DNA of 64,000 nt from Chiloscyllium plagiosum. Lineage: Eukaryota. The DNA lies in contig NC_057718.1 of NCBI RefSeq assembly GCF_004010195.1, forward strand, positions 89,192,250 through 89,256,249. Reading direction: 5' to 3'. Shown in pieces: positions 38,073 through 51,225 of the stretch (position 1 is the stretch's first letter; the number at the start of each line of letters is the position of its first letter). The position numbers were made by a program, and so were the translations under genes. Below the pieces are notes generated by a model. The model saw nothing but the letters and a program-made list of their open reading frames with translations, did not search any database and was not told where the DNA came from.

Positions 38073-38285
38073 CGCTTGACTGCCGCAGTTGTCCAAGATT
38101 CTCTCCAGCTCCTTCAGGTCTTGGGTGACCTCTTTCAAGAGGAGCTTGAGACGATTGCCAATGACATGAACCTTCTCCTTTGCTTCAAGACAGTCGCTGC
38201 CCTCTGCATTGACCAACAGCTGGCTGGACATATCCTGCAGTGAGGCGACTTTCAGCTGCGACTCCAGCAGCTCCCGTCGGATTTG
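38073..38285 (-). CDS. SYNE1: Nesprin-1 coding exon (213 nt, last spectrin repeat)
   Basis: ttgcag|CAA ATC..GCG|gtatgt; QIRRELLESQLKVASLQDMSSQLLVNAEGSDCLEAKEKVHVIGNRLKLLLKEVTQDLKELERILDNCGSQA. Confidence 0.95.
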
Positions 38286-38509
38286 CTGCAACGTACAAAT
38301 GAACAGATTCACGTTGCAGAACAACTCCAGCGTTGTGGGACATAATGCAATTCTTATTGGCGATTACTTCACGGTGACCAAACGCACAGAAACAATGAGC
38401 CTCTCACATTTCATTTACTTTGGGCAGGAAAAGCACTCTCGCCTCTAAGGTGCAAAGACATGGAGTCAGAAACATGAACATATAATCCACTCCGACACTC
38501 TCGGAGCGG

Positions 38510-38820
38510 TCCCAGGGTAAAACTACACTGTCACAGATGCTGTGTTTCAGGCGAGATGTAACTAACGGCCCTGTCTACACTCTTGAGTACACTCTTGAGA
38601 ACACTGTTTCAAACACGAGAGATCTCCCTAATGTTCTGAACAGCATTTATCCCTCCATTGACATCACTAAACAGATTACCGGGTCATTTATTACTCTGTT
38701 GTTTGTGGGATCTTGCTGTGTGCTAGATTGGTCTCAGATTTCCCTGCATTATGGCAATGGTTACACTTGTAAAAGTAGTGCGCTGATTGTAAAGTGTTAC
38801 AGGGCATTGCGCGATCACAA
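38510..38820 (+). mobile_element. Deu-domain SINE (SacSINE1-like)
   Basis: atttatccctcca..catcactaaacagatta..tgtttgtgggatcttgctgtgtgc..attgg resembles the recalled Deu-SINE consensus; related pieces at 28830-29212, 43590-43730 and 45460-45660. Confidence 0.6.
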
Positions 38821-39120
38821 GGCAGCATGGTGGCTCAGTGGTTAGCACTGCTGCCTCACAGCACCAGGGTCCCAGGTTCAATTCCAGCCTTGGGAGACTG
38901 TCTGTGTGGAACTTGCATGTTCTGCCTGTGTCTGTGCGGGTTTGCTCCGGTTTCCTCCCACAGTCACAAAGATGTGCGGGTCAGGTGAATTGGCCGTGCT
39001 AAATTATCCATAGTGTTAGGTGCATTAGTCAGAGGGAAAATAGGTCTGGGTGGGTTACTCTTTGGACAGTCAGTGTGGACTGGTTGGGCCGAAGGGCCTG
39101 TATCCACACTGTAGGGAATC
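38821..39120 (+). mobile_element. HE1-like tRNA-derived SINE
   Basis: Full head, central domain and tail; interrupts the 3' end of a Deu-type SINE. Confidence 0.88.
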
Positions 39121-39840
39121 TTTAATCACAAACACCACTCAAGGAAGCAAGACTTTCATTCTTTTAAATATAGAAACTTTGACTGACAAGCTGTGAGCTT
39201 TTTACAATACTGACGTCTGCAATATCTAGAAGATTAATACACAGATTAAAAATAAAGTACAGGAGAAAGCTATGGCAAGAAATATTAAAACAGATAGTAT
39301 GAGTTTTTTTTAATAGACCTTTTAAAAAGAGAGAGTTAACAAAGTGAGCATTGTTTCTCTAGAAAGTGAATCTGGGGAATTGATATCGGAAAAGAAAGAG
39401 ATGGTTAATAAATTAAATGTATACTTTGTATCGCTCTTCATCCCAGAAATAGTTGAGAGTTAGGAAATAGAAGGGAGAGAGGAATTCAAGAAAATTGCAG
39501 TCACCAGGGAAATGGTGGGAGCTGTGGGCTGATAGGACCTGACAGACTTCATCTGGCTGCCATATTAAAAAAAAGTAGCGAATGAGGTTGTTGTTGTATT
39601 GGTTTTACATTTTCAAAAGTCTTTACTTCAGGGAAAATGCCATTTGAATGGAAATTAACAAACGTAAATTGTTCATTCAAAAAGGTTGGAGACAGAAAGC
39701 AGGAAATTACAGGTCAGCTGTCCTACACTGATCGTAGGGAAGGTGATAGAAGCTGTTAATACTTCAGATAACCAGATACTCACCGTGGTTTTGTGAAAGG
39801 TGAGATTACGTTTAACCAATCTTGTTGGAGTTCTTTGAGG

Positions 39841-39927
39841 GAGTAATGTATACTGAGTAATGTATACTGAGTAATGTATTCTGAGTAATGTATACTGAGT
39901 AATGTATTCTGAGTAATGTATACTGAG
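39841..39927. repeat. Minisatellite (GAGTAATGTATWCT) x6
   Basis: Six 14-bp units read directly. Confidence 0.95.
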
Positions 39928-40275
39928 GATAATGGGGAACTGCTGGATGCAATGTGCTCAGGATTCCAGAAGGCACTTAACCAGGCAGGCCCTCCAAGGT
40001 TATTGTGCAAGATAAGAGCTCATGGTGTAGGGGTAATATATTGGCATTGATAGAAGATTGGCTAGTTAACAAAAAACAGAGCGAGCATAAATGGGGACGG
40101 ATTGCAGAGTCGTTGAGAGGTACAGCATGGAAACAGACCATTCGGTCCAACTCATTCATGCTGGTCAGATATCCCAACGTCATCGAGTCCCACTTGCCAG
40201 AATTTGGCCCATATCCCTCAAAACTCGTCCTATTCATAAACCCATCCAGATGCCTTTTAAATGTTGCAATTGTAC

Positions 40276-40465
40276 CAGCCTCCACCACTTCCTTTGGCAG
40301 CTTATTCCATACATGTACCGCTCTCTGTGTGAAAACGTTGCCCCGTAGGTCTCTTTTATATCTTTCCCCTCAGCCTCCACCACTTCCTCTGGCAGCTCAT
40401 TCCATACATGTACCGCTCTCTGTGTGAAAATGTTGCCCCGTAGGTCTCTTTTATATCTTTCCCCT
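40276..40465. repeat. 95-bp tandem duplication inside a CR1 copy
   Basis: 40276-40370 repeated at 40371-40465 with 3 differences. Confidence 0.9.
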
Positions 40466-41778
40466 CTCACCCTAAACCTATGCCCTCTAGTTCTGGACTC
40501 CCCCACCGTAGAGATAAGACCTTGTCTATTTATCCTATCCATGCCCCTCATGATTTTATAAATCTCTATAAAGCCTCCGATGCTCCAGGGAAAACAGCTC
40601 CAGCCTATTCAACATATCGCTCAAATCCTCCAACCCTGGCAACATCCTTTTAACTCTTTTCTGAAACCCTATCAAGTTTCACAACATCCTTCCGATAGGA
40701 AGCAGACCAGAATTGCACACAGTATTCCAAACGTGGCCTAACCAATGTCTTGTACAGCCACAACGGGACCTCCCAACTCCTGTACTCAACACTCTGACCA
40801 ATAAAGGAAAGCATACCAAACGCCTTCTTCACTATCCTATCTACCTGCGACTCCACTTTCAAGGAGCTACGAATCTGTACTCCAAGGTCTCTTTGTACAG
40901 CTCTGAGATGCAGAGAGCTCTGAATATCCTTGTGCATGAATTGCACATGGTTAGTATGTAGGTACAGCAAATAATCAAGAAAACTAATAGAATGATACTG
41001 TTTGTAACAAGGACAATCGAATATAAATGTAGGGAGGTTATGTTTCAGTGATACAGGGCTATGTTGAGATCACATCTGGAGTACAGAACACAGTATTTAA
41101 GAATGGATGTCAATATGTTGGAAAGCGTTCAGCAAAGGTTTACTGTACTAACACATGGAATAGGTGGGTTGTTTCAATGGGTTGTCTGCATTTGTTGACG
41201 TTTACAATAGTCAGAGGTGACTTGTTATCGAAACACAGAAGATCCTGAGGGATCTTGACAGGAGGATTTTTCTTGCAGGAAAATTTGAACAAGTGCTCAC
41301 TGTTGAAAAAGAAACGGTCACCGCCCCGCCCTTTTAAGATGGCAGGGTGACCGTTATAAGGGGAAAATATTTCTCACAGCGGGTCATGAGTCTTTGAAGC
41401 TTGTTCTCAAAAGGCAGTGGAAGCAGAGTTGGAAATTTTTTAAGGAAGGGGTAGCTGGATTCTTGATAATCAGATTAGCCTTAATCTTACTGAATGATAG
41501 AACAGACTCGATGGGTTGAGTGGCCTGCTACTGCTGCTGATTCCTGTGTTGGAATGACAGCTTGCAGCACTGATCTCAATGTTATGGGGCAATAATTGAC
41601 CATAAAGAAAACACTCATGACCTTCTGACTCAGCAGTTCATCATGGGAAATCATGAGAACAAAGTTTGTGAACACTGAACATTATGCATTGCTGCATTTT
41701 ATAATAGAGAGCAGCTCAATTTACTTTTAAAGTCAAGGCTATGTGCAGAGAGCTGTGGGTCCATAACCATGCTTTTAT

Positions 41779-42085
41779 GGGTGGCACAGCTGCCTCACAG
41801 CGCCAGGGACCCAGGTTCGATTCCAGCCTCAGGCGACTGTCTGTGTGGAGTTTGCACGTTCTCCCCGTGTCTGTGTGGGTTTCCTCCGGGTGCTCCAGTT
41901 CCCTCCCACAGTCCAAAGATGTGCAGGTTAGGTGAACTGGCCATGCTAAATTGCCCGCAGTGTTCAGGGATGTGTAGGTTAGGGGTAAATGTAGAGGAAT
42001 GGATTTGGATGGGATGCTCTTCAGAGGGTTGGTGTGGACTTATTGGGCCGAATGGCCTGTTTCCACACTGTAGGGAATCTATTCT
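41779..42085 (+). mobile_element. HE1-like tRNA-derived SINE
   Basis: B box ggttcgattcc, central domain and tail. Confidence 0.88.
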
Positions 42086-42730
42086 ATTAATAGGCACAGA
42101 GAGAGAGAGATGGAGTTAAAATTTCTCTGTGGATGAGCTTGGTTAGGAGAGCACTAGAGCATCACAGATGTACAGTACAGAAACAGACCCTTCAGTCCAA
42201 CTTGTCCATGCTGACCAGATATCCTAACCTAATTTAGTCCCTTTTGCCAGCATTTGGCCCATATCCCTCTAAACCCCTCCTACTCATATTCCCAACCAGA
42301 TGCAATACCTCAGATTTAAAGTTGAACTCAGAATATAAATCAGCGAAGTGCAGATCAGATACAAGCTATTAAACAATGGCGACACCCCACATATATAGCA
42401 CCCACATCCATACAGCTTTAGAGTAAAGTGATGTGTTTGAAGTCCGAATACTGTGTGCTGTGCTGCACACCACTGTGCTACATCCAATCGGAGCTCAATA
42501 TGATCACACAATGTAAAAGCGATCAAGCATAGTCTTTTTTATCAGTGTTCGTCAGGAGGTAAAGGCGGAGAAAGTTGAGTCAAAACGTGTGGCGCTGGAA
42601 AAGCGCAGCCAGTCAGGCAGCATCCGAGGAGCAGGAGAGTCGATGTTTCAAACATAAGCCCTTTCATCAGGAATGTGGAGGGGGGGCCGGGGTGTAGCCA
42701 CAAGGGGCCCAATAGATAAATGGGAGGGGG

Positions 42731-42812
42731 NNNNNNNNNNNNNNNNNNNNNNNNNNNNNNNNNNNNNNNNNNNNNNNNNNNNNNNNNNNNNNNNNNNNNN
42801 NNNNNNNNNNNN
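42731..42812. other. Assembly gap (82 N)
   Basis: Run of n characters. Confidence 1.
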
Positions 42813-43207
42813 TAGGGAAGGGGGAGGGTGGAACGGAGAGGTGGGAAGGAAGATGGACAGGTAGGACAGTTCAAGAGGGTGCATTGGAGGGTTGGATCTG
42901 GATAATTGATTCTGTGTGGTTGGAGGTGGAAGATGAAGTGTTCTTTCTCCAGGTGTCGGGTGGCTAGAATTTGGCAGTGGAGGCAGCCCAGGGCTTGCAT
43001 GTCCTTGGCAGAGCGGGAAGGGGTGTTGAAATCTTCGGCCACAGGGCAGTGGGATTGTTGTCCTGGAGATGTTCTCTGAAACATTCCACAAGTTGGCGTC
43101 CTGTCTCCCCAGTGCAGAGGAGATCACATCGAGAGCAACGGACACAGTAGACGAGGTGTGTGGATGTGCAGGAAACCCTCTGTCGGATTTGGAAGGATCC
43201 TTTGGGG

Positions 43208-43285
43208 GGAGGTGTGGGCGGAGGTGTGGGCGGAGGTGTGGGTGCAGGTGTGGGTGGAGGTGTGGGGGGAGGTGAGGGTGGAGGT
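43208..43285. repeat. G-rich 12-bp minisatellite (GGAGGTGTGGGN) x6.5
   Basis: Read directly; lies inside the Penelope-like element. Confidence 0.9.
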
Positions 43286-44349
43286 TTTCCACCTCTTGTG
43301 GTGGCAAGGGAAGGTGCCAGGAGTGGAGGGAGGGTTGGTGGGAGGGGGGACGTGGACCTAATGAGGAAGTTGAGGAGTGAATGATCTCCGCGGAATGCTG
43401 AACAGGGCGGGGAGGGAAATATATCTCTGGTGGTGGGGTCTGACTGTAGATGGCAGGAGGGTGATGCGATCTATCTGGAGATTGGTGGGGTGGAAGGTGA
43501 GGACCAGGAGAGTTCTGGCCTTGTTGTGATTGGAGGGGTGGGGTTCCAGGGCAGATATACAGAATGTGTCAACTCGCAGTGAGGAAATTCACCTGCTCTT
43601 CTTTAAAAGGAATGCCATGAGGACTTTCCATGTCTGTCACAAAAGGTCAGATGGTGTCTTAATGTCTCCTCTGAAAGATGGCAGCTTTGATAGTGCACCA
43701 CTCCCTCACTGGAATGTCAGCCTTGGTAACCTGTTTATGTCCTTCACTATTGTACTTAATGTCTAAATAGATGCTTAATGATCAGCAGTGGCATCTGGTT
43801 TTCACTACAATTAAGTTACCAACTAGTACCAATTGTTCAATAGTAACACACCCAAATTACTTCACAAGTTCAAATTAAATGGTAGGAGGTCAAAGTGATA
43901 AAGTTGATGGATTTTACTGCCGTGGATGCAGCATTTATAGTTGCTGGCAGGAAGTAACAGGGAGACATTGAAAAGCAGCCAGCTTATTGACTGTGGGAGT
44001 AAACGTGACTCACCTCATAACTCTAAACAAAATCCTGATTTACAACATCAGCACCTGCTCGATTGTGAACACAGTGAGGTGAATGTTAAACCAGCTCACA
44101 GGAACTGCGTGTCCATCTCATCCACTCCTCCCCTCCCTCCATCCCCCCTTTACATCCTCCTTCTCATCCTTTCAATCCCTCTCCCAAACACTCAGTCCTC
44201 CCCTATTCATCACACTCAACCTACCCTTCACCACCTCCCTTCCTTATAACTCTTCCAACCAGCCCTGACGCGTCTCCTCCATCATTCTAACAGCTCTCTC
44301 TCCCCCACTGACCTCCCACTCCTCTCAAACCACAGCCTCCCTTGGAACA

Positions 44350-44505
44350 GGAGTGAGAGAGAGAGAACAAATGCGAGAGAGTGAGATGTGTGAGACAGAG
44401 AGAGAGAGAGAGAAAGAGAGAGTCAAAGAGGATGGTAGAGAAAAATAAGAGAGAGTCAGAGGAGAAAGGAGGATGGAGGAAGAGAATCAGAGAGAGGAGG
44501 AGATG
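44350..44505. repeat. GA-rich low-complexity tract
   Basis: (GA)n and purine-rich run. Confidence 0.85.
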
Positions 44506-45176
44506 AGCAGATAGCATAAGCCATATGACCAAGAGGCTAAAAGTACCCAGGTCACTGAGAAAGGGTGGGGAGGGACTGAGCTGGTGTCAGAATGAGAGGA
44601 TCTTGAACCCACATTCTATTTCCTGCAAAGTGAGAAACAGTGCCATCTGGTGTACATCTGATGAGAATGCCAGTGAATTAAAAAACCCAGCTCTCAGTGA
44701 CTTTTGTACAAATCCTTGTTCCAGGTTCGATCCTACGTCTGTGTCAGTTTAGCTGCTCCCCGGTGCAGTGCTGTACGTGGTCACAGCAGCGAGAAGGCAG
44801 TGGGCAGACGACAGCAATGGGGGCAAGGCCTTCAGCTGTGATCTCACTCCTGATCGCTATGGGATTGGGGGGACATGACCTGAAAGGGGGAGGGGGGGTG
44901 AAGGAGGAAAGGATTGACACCAGAGAAGAAAAGATTAAGTTATGAAGAACGTTACCGTCCCGTGTTGGGTGGTTATGAGATACCCAAATGCAGTTCCTTC
45001 TGTGTTTCAGGTGAAGGATGGTTTAACTTGAGGAAGCTCCATTTTACTTGGCATTGTCCCTGTCCCTTCAAACCACTAACATCAGTCACTCTCCTCACTC
45101 ACTTCCTGCAGTAATACGGACACAATGGAGTCAAATGGCTCCACAAAGAACAATGACAGAATAACGCGGCTCTCAC

Positions 45177-45305
45177 CAGCAACGTCTTGTGATGGTCCTG
45201 CAGTGTGTCAGAGTCCAGATTGGGGTCAAGGGGGAGAATTTCATTCCTCCTTCTGTCTATGTTCTCCAGCCAGAGTAGTAGGCCATGGCTCATCTCATGA
45301 AAATC
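45177..45305 (-). CDS. SYNE1: Nesprin-1 coding exon (129 nt, spectrin repeat)
   Basis: ccgcag|GAT TTT..CTG|gtgaga; DFHEMSHGLLLWLENIDRRRNEILPLDPNLDSDTLQDHHKTLL. Confidence 0.95.
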
Positions 45306-45712
45306 CTGCGGACATGGAACGGGGAAAGGCAACATCAGATGGGCTCCAGCGGACCTGCCCATTCCAAACACCCAACAAAGCTGGCTTTACCACCACAGTG
45401 CCCGTCTCACCCGACCGGTGATACACTCGAGTCTGGGAGTCAAGCACAATACTCTAATGAGGGGGTAACACTCTAATGAGGGGGTGCAGCACTGTCAGTG
45501 GGGCTGCCTTCTGGTGAGGTGTCAAACCGAAGGTCTACCACCGAAGGTGAATGTAAAAACTAACCCACTGTTTGAAGACAAACAGAAGCAGACTGTCCCG
45601 GAGCCCTGACCATCACTCTGTCTGCAATCAAAGCCTCAGGTACTGATGATCAGCTCTTTTATTCAAAAACCGAGAGAGCCCGAAAGGGCAAGGCCCCTGC
45701 AGCATTACTCAC

Positions 45713-45913
45713 GTGGCACTGCATGAGGGCATCCTGAAGGGTGTGACGCCAAGCCTCCAGCATGCTGCCAACCTGGTCCCACCGTTTGTTCATCTGACTC
45801 AAGCGCTCACGGAGTTCCAGCACGTCGCTCGTGTCTGACTGGGTGAACTCAGCGCTGCATAAGTTTATGGACAAGATGATGGCTTTGCGGTTGTCAACGG
45901 CCTTTTGTAACTC
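45713..45913 (-). CDS. SYNE1: Nesprin-1 coding exon (201 nt, spectrin repeat)
   Basis: tttcag|GAG TTA..CAC|gtgagt; ELQKAVDNRKAIILSINLCSAEFTQ...LQDALMQCH. Confidence 0.95.
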
Positions 45914-46212
45914 CTGAAACAAACAGAAGGATAACATTCATCTCTAGCGTAGGAGGCTGAACAGTCACCTTCATCACACTACTGACCGAATGGGGATGCA
46001 AGCATCCCATGGTCCAATCTGGTTCCAATAGCCCAAGTTCCTCTCACGACTGACACAGAGTCATTGAATCACGCAGCACAAAACAACTGGAATAAAATAT
46101 ATATATTCATCACGTCTTAAAAAAATGCTACAACCACAAGTGAGTTGGACTGAAGGAAGGGTCTGTTTCCATGCTGTATGACTCTGTTTTCTCTTTCATC
46201 TTGCACCATTAC

Positions 46213-46419
46213 TGAAGTAACTCCACAGAGGCTGGTATCTCACACCAAGTCACCCTTTATTTACACGTACATTGTACATTGACCCAGCTTGCTCAAAGCC
46301 AGCTCCTAGGGTGAACAGTACCCCTGACTCTACTGCTTCTGCTCCCTGATTGGACCAGGTTAATCAGAGAGCGCATATTCCATGAGATGCACCTTGCTGA
46401 ACTCGCTCCAATCACTACA
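46213..46419 (-). mobile_element. Probable solo LTR
   Basis: TG...CA ends (tgaagt...actaca), AATAAA on -, attgg/ccaat boxes, imperfect 5-bp flank attac/attat. Confidence 0.5.
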
Positions 46420-46458
46420 ATTATAGCATGTCAACATTTATAGTAGAATGCAATTATG

Positions 46459-46881
46459 AGAGCCTGGGTGTCCCTGGCTTAACCCACCAACACCCTCGAG
46501 CTGTTCAGGGAGAGGTGGGCGCCGCAGGGAGTAGAGTGTATTAGAGTGTATTATTTCCCCCTCTATTTTGATTTGATCCCTGCCCTCCTCCCCACTGTTT
46601 GATCACACAGCACTGCCCTCTGAGAAGGGCACTGCTTGTCACTGGCCACTCAGGTGTCTCCTTTCTTCCTGGTGGTGGAAATCGAATAAAGATTTGTGCA
46701 CCTTGTGTCTCTCACTGTGTCGCACACCTGCACACACACGACTTGGGTGCTGGGGAAAACTACTGTTGTAAGGCGGTAGTGTAGGGGAAATTTTTTTAAA
46801 AAAAGAGACAAAATATAACCAGGAGACATGGAGTCTCCTCAGTTTAGGGCACTGACTCTAAAGAAAAGAGAAGGAAAAAAA
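46459..46881 (+). mobile_element. 5'-truncated Tx1/L1-clade LINE 3' end
   Basis: ORF2-like C-terminus TNTLELFRERWAPQGVECI; A-rich tail; perfect 15-bp direct repeat tagaatgcaattatg (46444-46458, 46882-46896). Confidence 0.75.
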
Positions 46882-47329
46882 TAGAATGCAATTATGTCAC
46901 ATTGTAGTTACATCCTCCCACCACAGGTGGTGCTGGAATGTTTCAGATTTGTGATCTGCAGCTGCCAAGCCAAGCCCTCTGTCTAAATGTTTGGTCAACC
47001 CACCAATAATTCTTTTCTTGGTTGAACATTCGTTTTATCAATTATCTCTTTTTGAAATACCCTGTGCCTAACTTTCATTGAAACTGCAATAATAAATCCA
47101 ATTTACCACTGCTGAAAATGGAAATAACCATGTTCGTGCATTATTTGGCCGATTTATCCCCCGCCCCAGTGGTAAGGGAGGGGTAAGCACCTTGGCTTTG
47201 CCTCTCCAAAACATCAAATCTTCCGACTGCTGTCCACTGAACTCCTCTGAAGGGAAATTGCTGAGAAAAACCTTGCAACAAAATTAGCTGGAACACTTAA
47301 TTACTGAATCCTGGCTGTATTTTGCAGTA

Positions 47330-47486
47330 GAAAGTGAGGGCTGCAGATGCTGGAGATCAGAGCTGAAAATGTGTTGCTGGAAAAGCGCAGCAGGTCAGGC
47401 AATTCCAAGGAACAGGAGAATCGACGTTTCGGGCATAAGCCCTTCTTCAGGAAATGTGTTGCTTTTCCAGCAACACATTTTCAGCT
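47330..47486 (-). mobile_element. Short Penelope-like insertion with a short inverted segment
   Basis: Flanking direct repeat ctgtattttgcagta (47315-47329, 47487-47501); 47461-47486 is an inverted copy of about 47360-47387. Confidence 0.82.
47423..47450 (-). ncRNA. Minimal hammerhead ribozyme motif with intact core, sense in SYNE1 intron
   Basis: Reverse complement reads CUGAAGAAGGGCUUAUGCCCGAAACGUC, identical to 6922-6949. Confidence 0.75.
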
Positions 47487-47626
47487 CTGTATTTTGCAGT
47501 AATCAGGTGATGTGTCGTCTGTACTGTTGTGAAAATCTAGTTCATAATTTAAGCATTTTAGAGCAGAAGTTTGATTTTCAGGGCTTGAAGTTCTAACTGA
47601 GGTAAGCGGAAGCACTTGAGAAACTG

Positions 47627-47750
47627 GGAGAAATCGAGGACTGCAGATGCTGGAGAGTCAGAGTCGAAGAGTGTGATGCTGAAAAAGCACAGCAGGTCAG
47701 GCAGCATCCGAGGAGCAGGAGAATCGACGTTTTGGGCATAAGCCCTTCAT
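47627..47750 (-). mobile_element. Short Penelope-like terminal insertion
   Basis: Same terminal sequence; truncated inside the CUGAUGA box. Confidence 0.75.
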
Positions 47751-48698
47751 TACTCAACTCTGTTGTAAATGCAACTCACAAAAGCCTGGGGTTAAAAGGC
47801 TTAATCAAAAGGATTAACCAATAAACCTGACATTGACAGTAGGAACTCTGAATATCCCTTCAATTTCAATTCCTTATGCATATTTGTGATGAAATGCTTC
47901 ATGAAGCTGTGCTGATTCTGCTTGATATAGTTCTAAATGTTCTGCTATTACATTCTTTATAACAGACTCTAACATTTCCTGAATAATGGACATTTAACTG
48001 GCCTACAGTTACCTGTTTCGTGTCTCCCTCACTTGAGTTTAAGGTGTTTCCAATTGGCAGTTTTCCAATCCTCTGGCATCTTCCCAGAATTCAAGAAGTT
48101 CTTGGAAGATTATGCCCTGTACATCCACTACCCCTGGAACTACTTCTTGCCTTTAGCCCCATTAATTAGTAACTTTTCTAGAGCTATAGTGATTGTGTTT
48201 ATTTCCGCCCCTCCATTAGCCCCTCAATTATTCAGGCATTTTGAATGTTATTAATGTCGTCTCCCATGAAGACCAATGTAACATATTTATTCAACTCTTC
48301 AGTCGTTTGCTGGTCCCCATTGTTATTTCATCAGGCTTCTATCCACTATGGCCTCTTTCTTTGTACATTTTAAAGAAGCTCTTACTGTCCATTTTCATGT
48401 TACTATCTAGTTTGTCCTCACAGCTAATTTTCTGTGTTTTTAAAAAATCTTTTGTTGGCTTAAAGAATTTGTTTAATCCTCCAATTTATCATTAATCTTT
48501 GCCATATTGTATGTTCTCTCTGTTAGGAACATTCCACCTCATATATCACTTCAAAATTAGAGTGAGCTATGGGCTGAGGAAGACAGGGCAAGTGTGAAAC
48601 TTGCAGACTGGCTCAGCTCTTGAGTATTTTAACGCAGAGCCTCGACTACAGGTAAACCGGAGATTTTTCTGTTCAACAGAAGTGGTCTTTGGACTTAC

Positions 48699-48910
48699 TT
48701 TGAGCTTTTTAATACGCAGCTCTATGGTCTGGATGTCTGTGCTGATGTCCAGTTTGCTGAGGTGCTCCAGCTCTTCCTCAGTCTCACTCAGCCACTGCCA
48801 GATGCTGTCCAGGTCAGAGTTGAACTGCTGCCACTGCTGAAGGTTCTGCTTCATTCTCAGCTCCTTGTTAAGAGCCTGGGCTTGGATCAGCTCCCAGCGT
48901 TCAATCACAC
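48699..48910 (-). CDS. SYNE1: Nesprin-1 coding exon (212 nt, spectrin repeat)
   Basis: gggcag|GT GTG ATT..AAA|gtaagt; (G)VIERWELIQAQALNKELRMKQNLQQWQQFNSDL...TIELRIKKLK. Confidence 0.95.
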
Positions 48911-49211
48911 CTGCCCAGGGGAACAAGGCAGAACTGTAACAAGTGAGGTCAAAGCTACCAGCTCAGCATTCTGATCGACCATCCGCAGGATTTGTGCAAG
49001 GCATACTAACATGCAATATCATCCTTACAGCTGTATGTTTAAGTAACCTCTGTGTAATGTAATAATATGACGTGATATAATAGGAAGTGTTCAGTCTCAC
49101 ATAGCACCAATTTGGAGGTGGGAGCAGGGTCCTACTGCTTTCATGATCATACACTGAGTTGAGATGAATACCAGGCTGCTTGCTGATTTGGCAGTGGTCA
49201 AGCATATCGTT

Positions 49212-49715
49212 ATAGAGGTTTACAGCATGGAAACAGGCCCTTCGGCCCACCTTGTCAACGCCGCAGGTTTTCACAACTAAAACAGGCCCCATTTTGCCTG
49301 AAGCATGTCCCTCCATGGAGACAGTGAGGTCTGCAGATGCTTATCCTGGTGCATATCCCTCCATACCTATCCCGTCGATGTACCTGTCCAAATATTCCTC
49401 AAATGAGGGAATTGCATTTACCTCCACCACTGGCAGCCCATTCCAGGCCCTCACCAGCCTCTGTGTGAAAATAAAATTGTCTTTCAGAACCCTTCTGTAT
49501 CTCTCCCCTCTTAAACCTATTCCCTTCCCTATGCCTACCATAGGGGGAAAGCTGTGGTTATCTAACTTATCACTGACTCTCATGATATTATAGAGCTCTG
49601 TATGGTCACCCCACTGTCTCCTATGCTCCAGGGAAAGAAAAAGTCCCAGCTGATCTGACCTCTCCTTTTAACTCAAACCTTCCAGTCCAGGTAACATCCT
49701 AGTAACTCTTTTCTG
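49212..49715 (-). mobile_element. CR1 LINE 3' fragment
   Basis: FIFTQRLVRAWNGLP..FEEYLDRYID. Confidence 0.78.
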
Positions 49716-51109
49716 TCCTTCCAATAACTGCCACTGTTTAAACTTCTATTCTTTCATAGGGACATGAGCATCACTGACTGTGTGTTGCCTCTCCCTAGTA
49801 GACCTCAGGGTGCTGATAGCAAGGTGCTTTCTTGAATCACTACAGCAGGGGTAGCTACAGTACTGTTCAGAAAGGGGTTTTCACCCAGTGTATAAACAGT
49901 GAAGTAATTCTAGGTAGGGTGCTGTGCAGCTTGGAGAGGAACCTAGAGATGATGGTCTTCCAATGCATTTGCCCTTCTCAGTGGCAGGTCATGATTTTGG
50001 AAGGTGCAGTCAAAAGGGACCTTTGGTGAGTTGCTCCTGTGCATCTTGTAGATGGTAGACAATGCTGCCAGCCTGCATCAGTGGTGGAGATGGACAATAG
50101 ATACAACAATGTGACAGTCATTGTATTTACCTCCGGGATTATCAGTCAGAGGGGGCCATGGAAGCTGTGAAACTTACTGAGTGCCTCAGCCCCTGGTATT
50201 TTAATGCGAGGACAGAGTCTACACCCCACTAGTCAGTTCCTACATCAAACAGAACTGGAACAGCAAATGGAGAGGGATTTCAAGGGAGCACTGAGCCAGA
50301 CACTTGGTCAAGCCCAGTTGTACTCTGATGAGTTGACAATAATGCAAAACATGCATATGTCAAAACACCCTTAAAGACCACATCCCTGTCCCATCCCTTT
50401 CGAATATACATTCCCTCTGTCAAATTCTGGCCGTGTTGAAGGCCCACCCTCTCCAGGGGCTGTTGCGTGCAGCTATGTGACCGTTGCAGTTCTCACTCCC
50501 TCATTCCTGCCGTGATCACACAGGGAATTCCCAAAGGACCCGAGAGCTGAAAATAGCCTCTTTTCGGAAACCAGCCTGAAACTTCCTGTTGACATCTGCG
50601 GAGTGTTCCCGTCATATTCCCGTCATTTAAACAGGGAAATACTATTGCTCAAGTAATGCTGCTGTACAAACACACTGAGGACAGACATTCAGCCCATCGG
50701 CTCAGCCCCATCACCTCTTTGTTTGGGGCCACTTTCAGGCAATCGAACAATTCGGGAATGCCTGCTCTGGTATAAACAATATTCAAACAGAAACAGTAAG
50801 TGGCTCAGTTCCAAGAGACTGCTGACAGGTCATGGTGAAGCAGAGTAATAGAGGATCCAGTGTAGCATTAATGCTGTCAAAGAATGGGTGGGCCTAATGA
50901 CCTGTTGGTGTGCTGTGGGCTCTATATATTGTTACACCTCATAGTTGATTAAGAAGAGACTAGACAAGAATGTAATGTGTCTTGATTTTGCAAAGCTCAC
51001 TAACTACCCAGTTGTAAATCAGAAATGTTCTGAACTTTTCTTTAAGGTCTGTCACATTGATCAGCAAGCATCCTAGTATTCATGTGAGACACTGATAGCA
51101 CTGTATTGT

Positions 51110-51225
51110 TTTGCCCGAAACGTTGATTTTCCTGCTCCTCGGATACTGCCTGACCTGCTGTGCTTTTCCAGCACCACTCTAATCTTGACTCTGATCTCCA
51201 GCATCTGCAGTACTCAGTTTCACCT
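51110..51225 (+). mobile_element. Short Penelope-like terminal fragment
   Basis: Starts in stem II (ttttgcccgaaacgttg) and continues with the conserved ctgcctgacctgctgtgcttttccagc end. Confidence 0.7.

Larger units (their letters stand above)
39170..41545 (+). mobile_element. Old + strand CR1 LINE interrupted by a younger - strand CR1 (about 40105-40893)
   Basis: RT region signatures on + before 40095 and after 40895; minus-strand [18 protein letters not shown] in between. Confidence 0.75.
42575..43560 (-). mobile_element. 5'-truncated Penelope-like element spanning the assembly gap
   Basis: Collinear with 16776-17722 (YCVRCSRCDLLCTGET, PVAEDFN..SAKDMQALG); degenerate hammerhead at about 42643-42671. 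Confidence 0.85.

Noticed and set aside
39841..39927. CRISPR-like array
   Set aside because: Contiguous 14-bp tandem units without spacers in vertebrate DNA.
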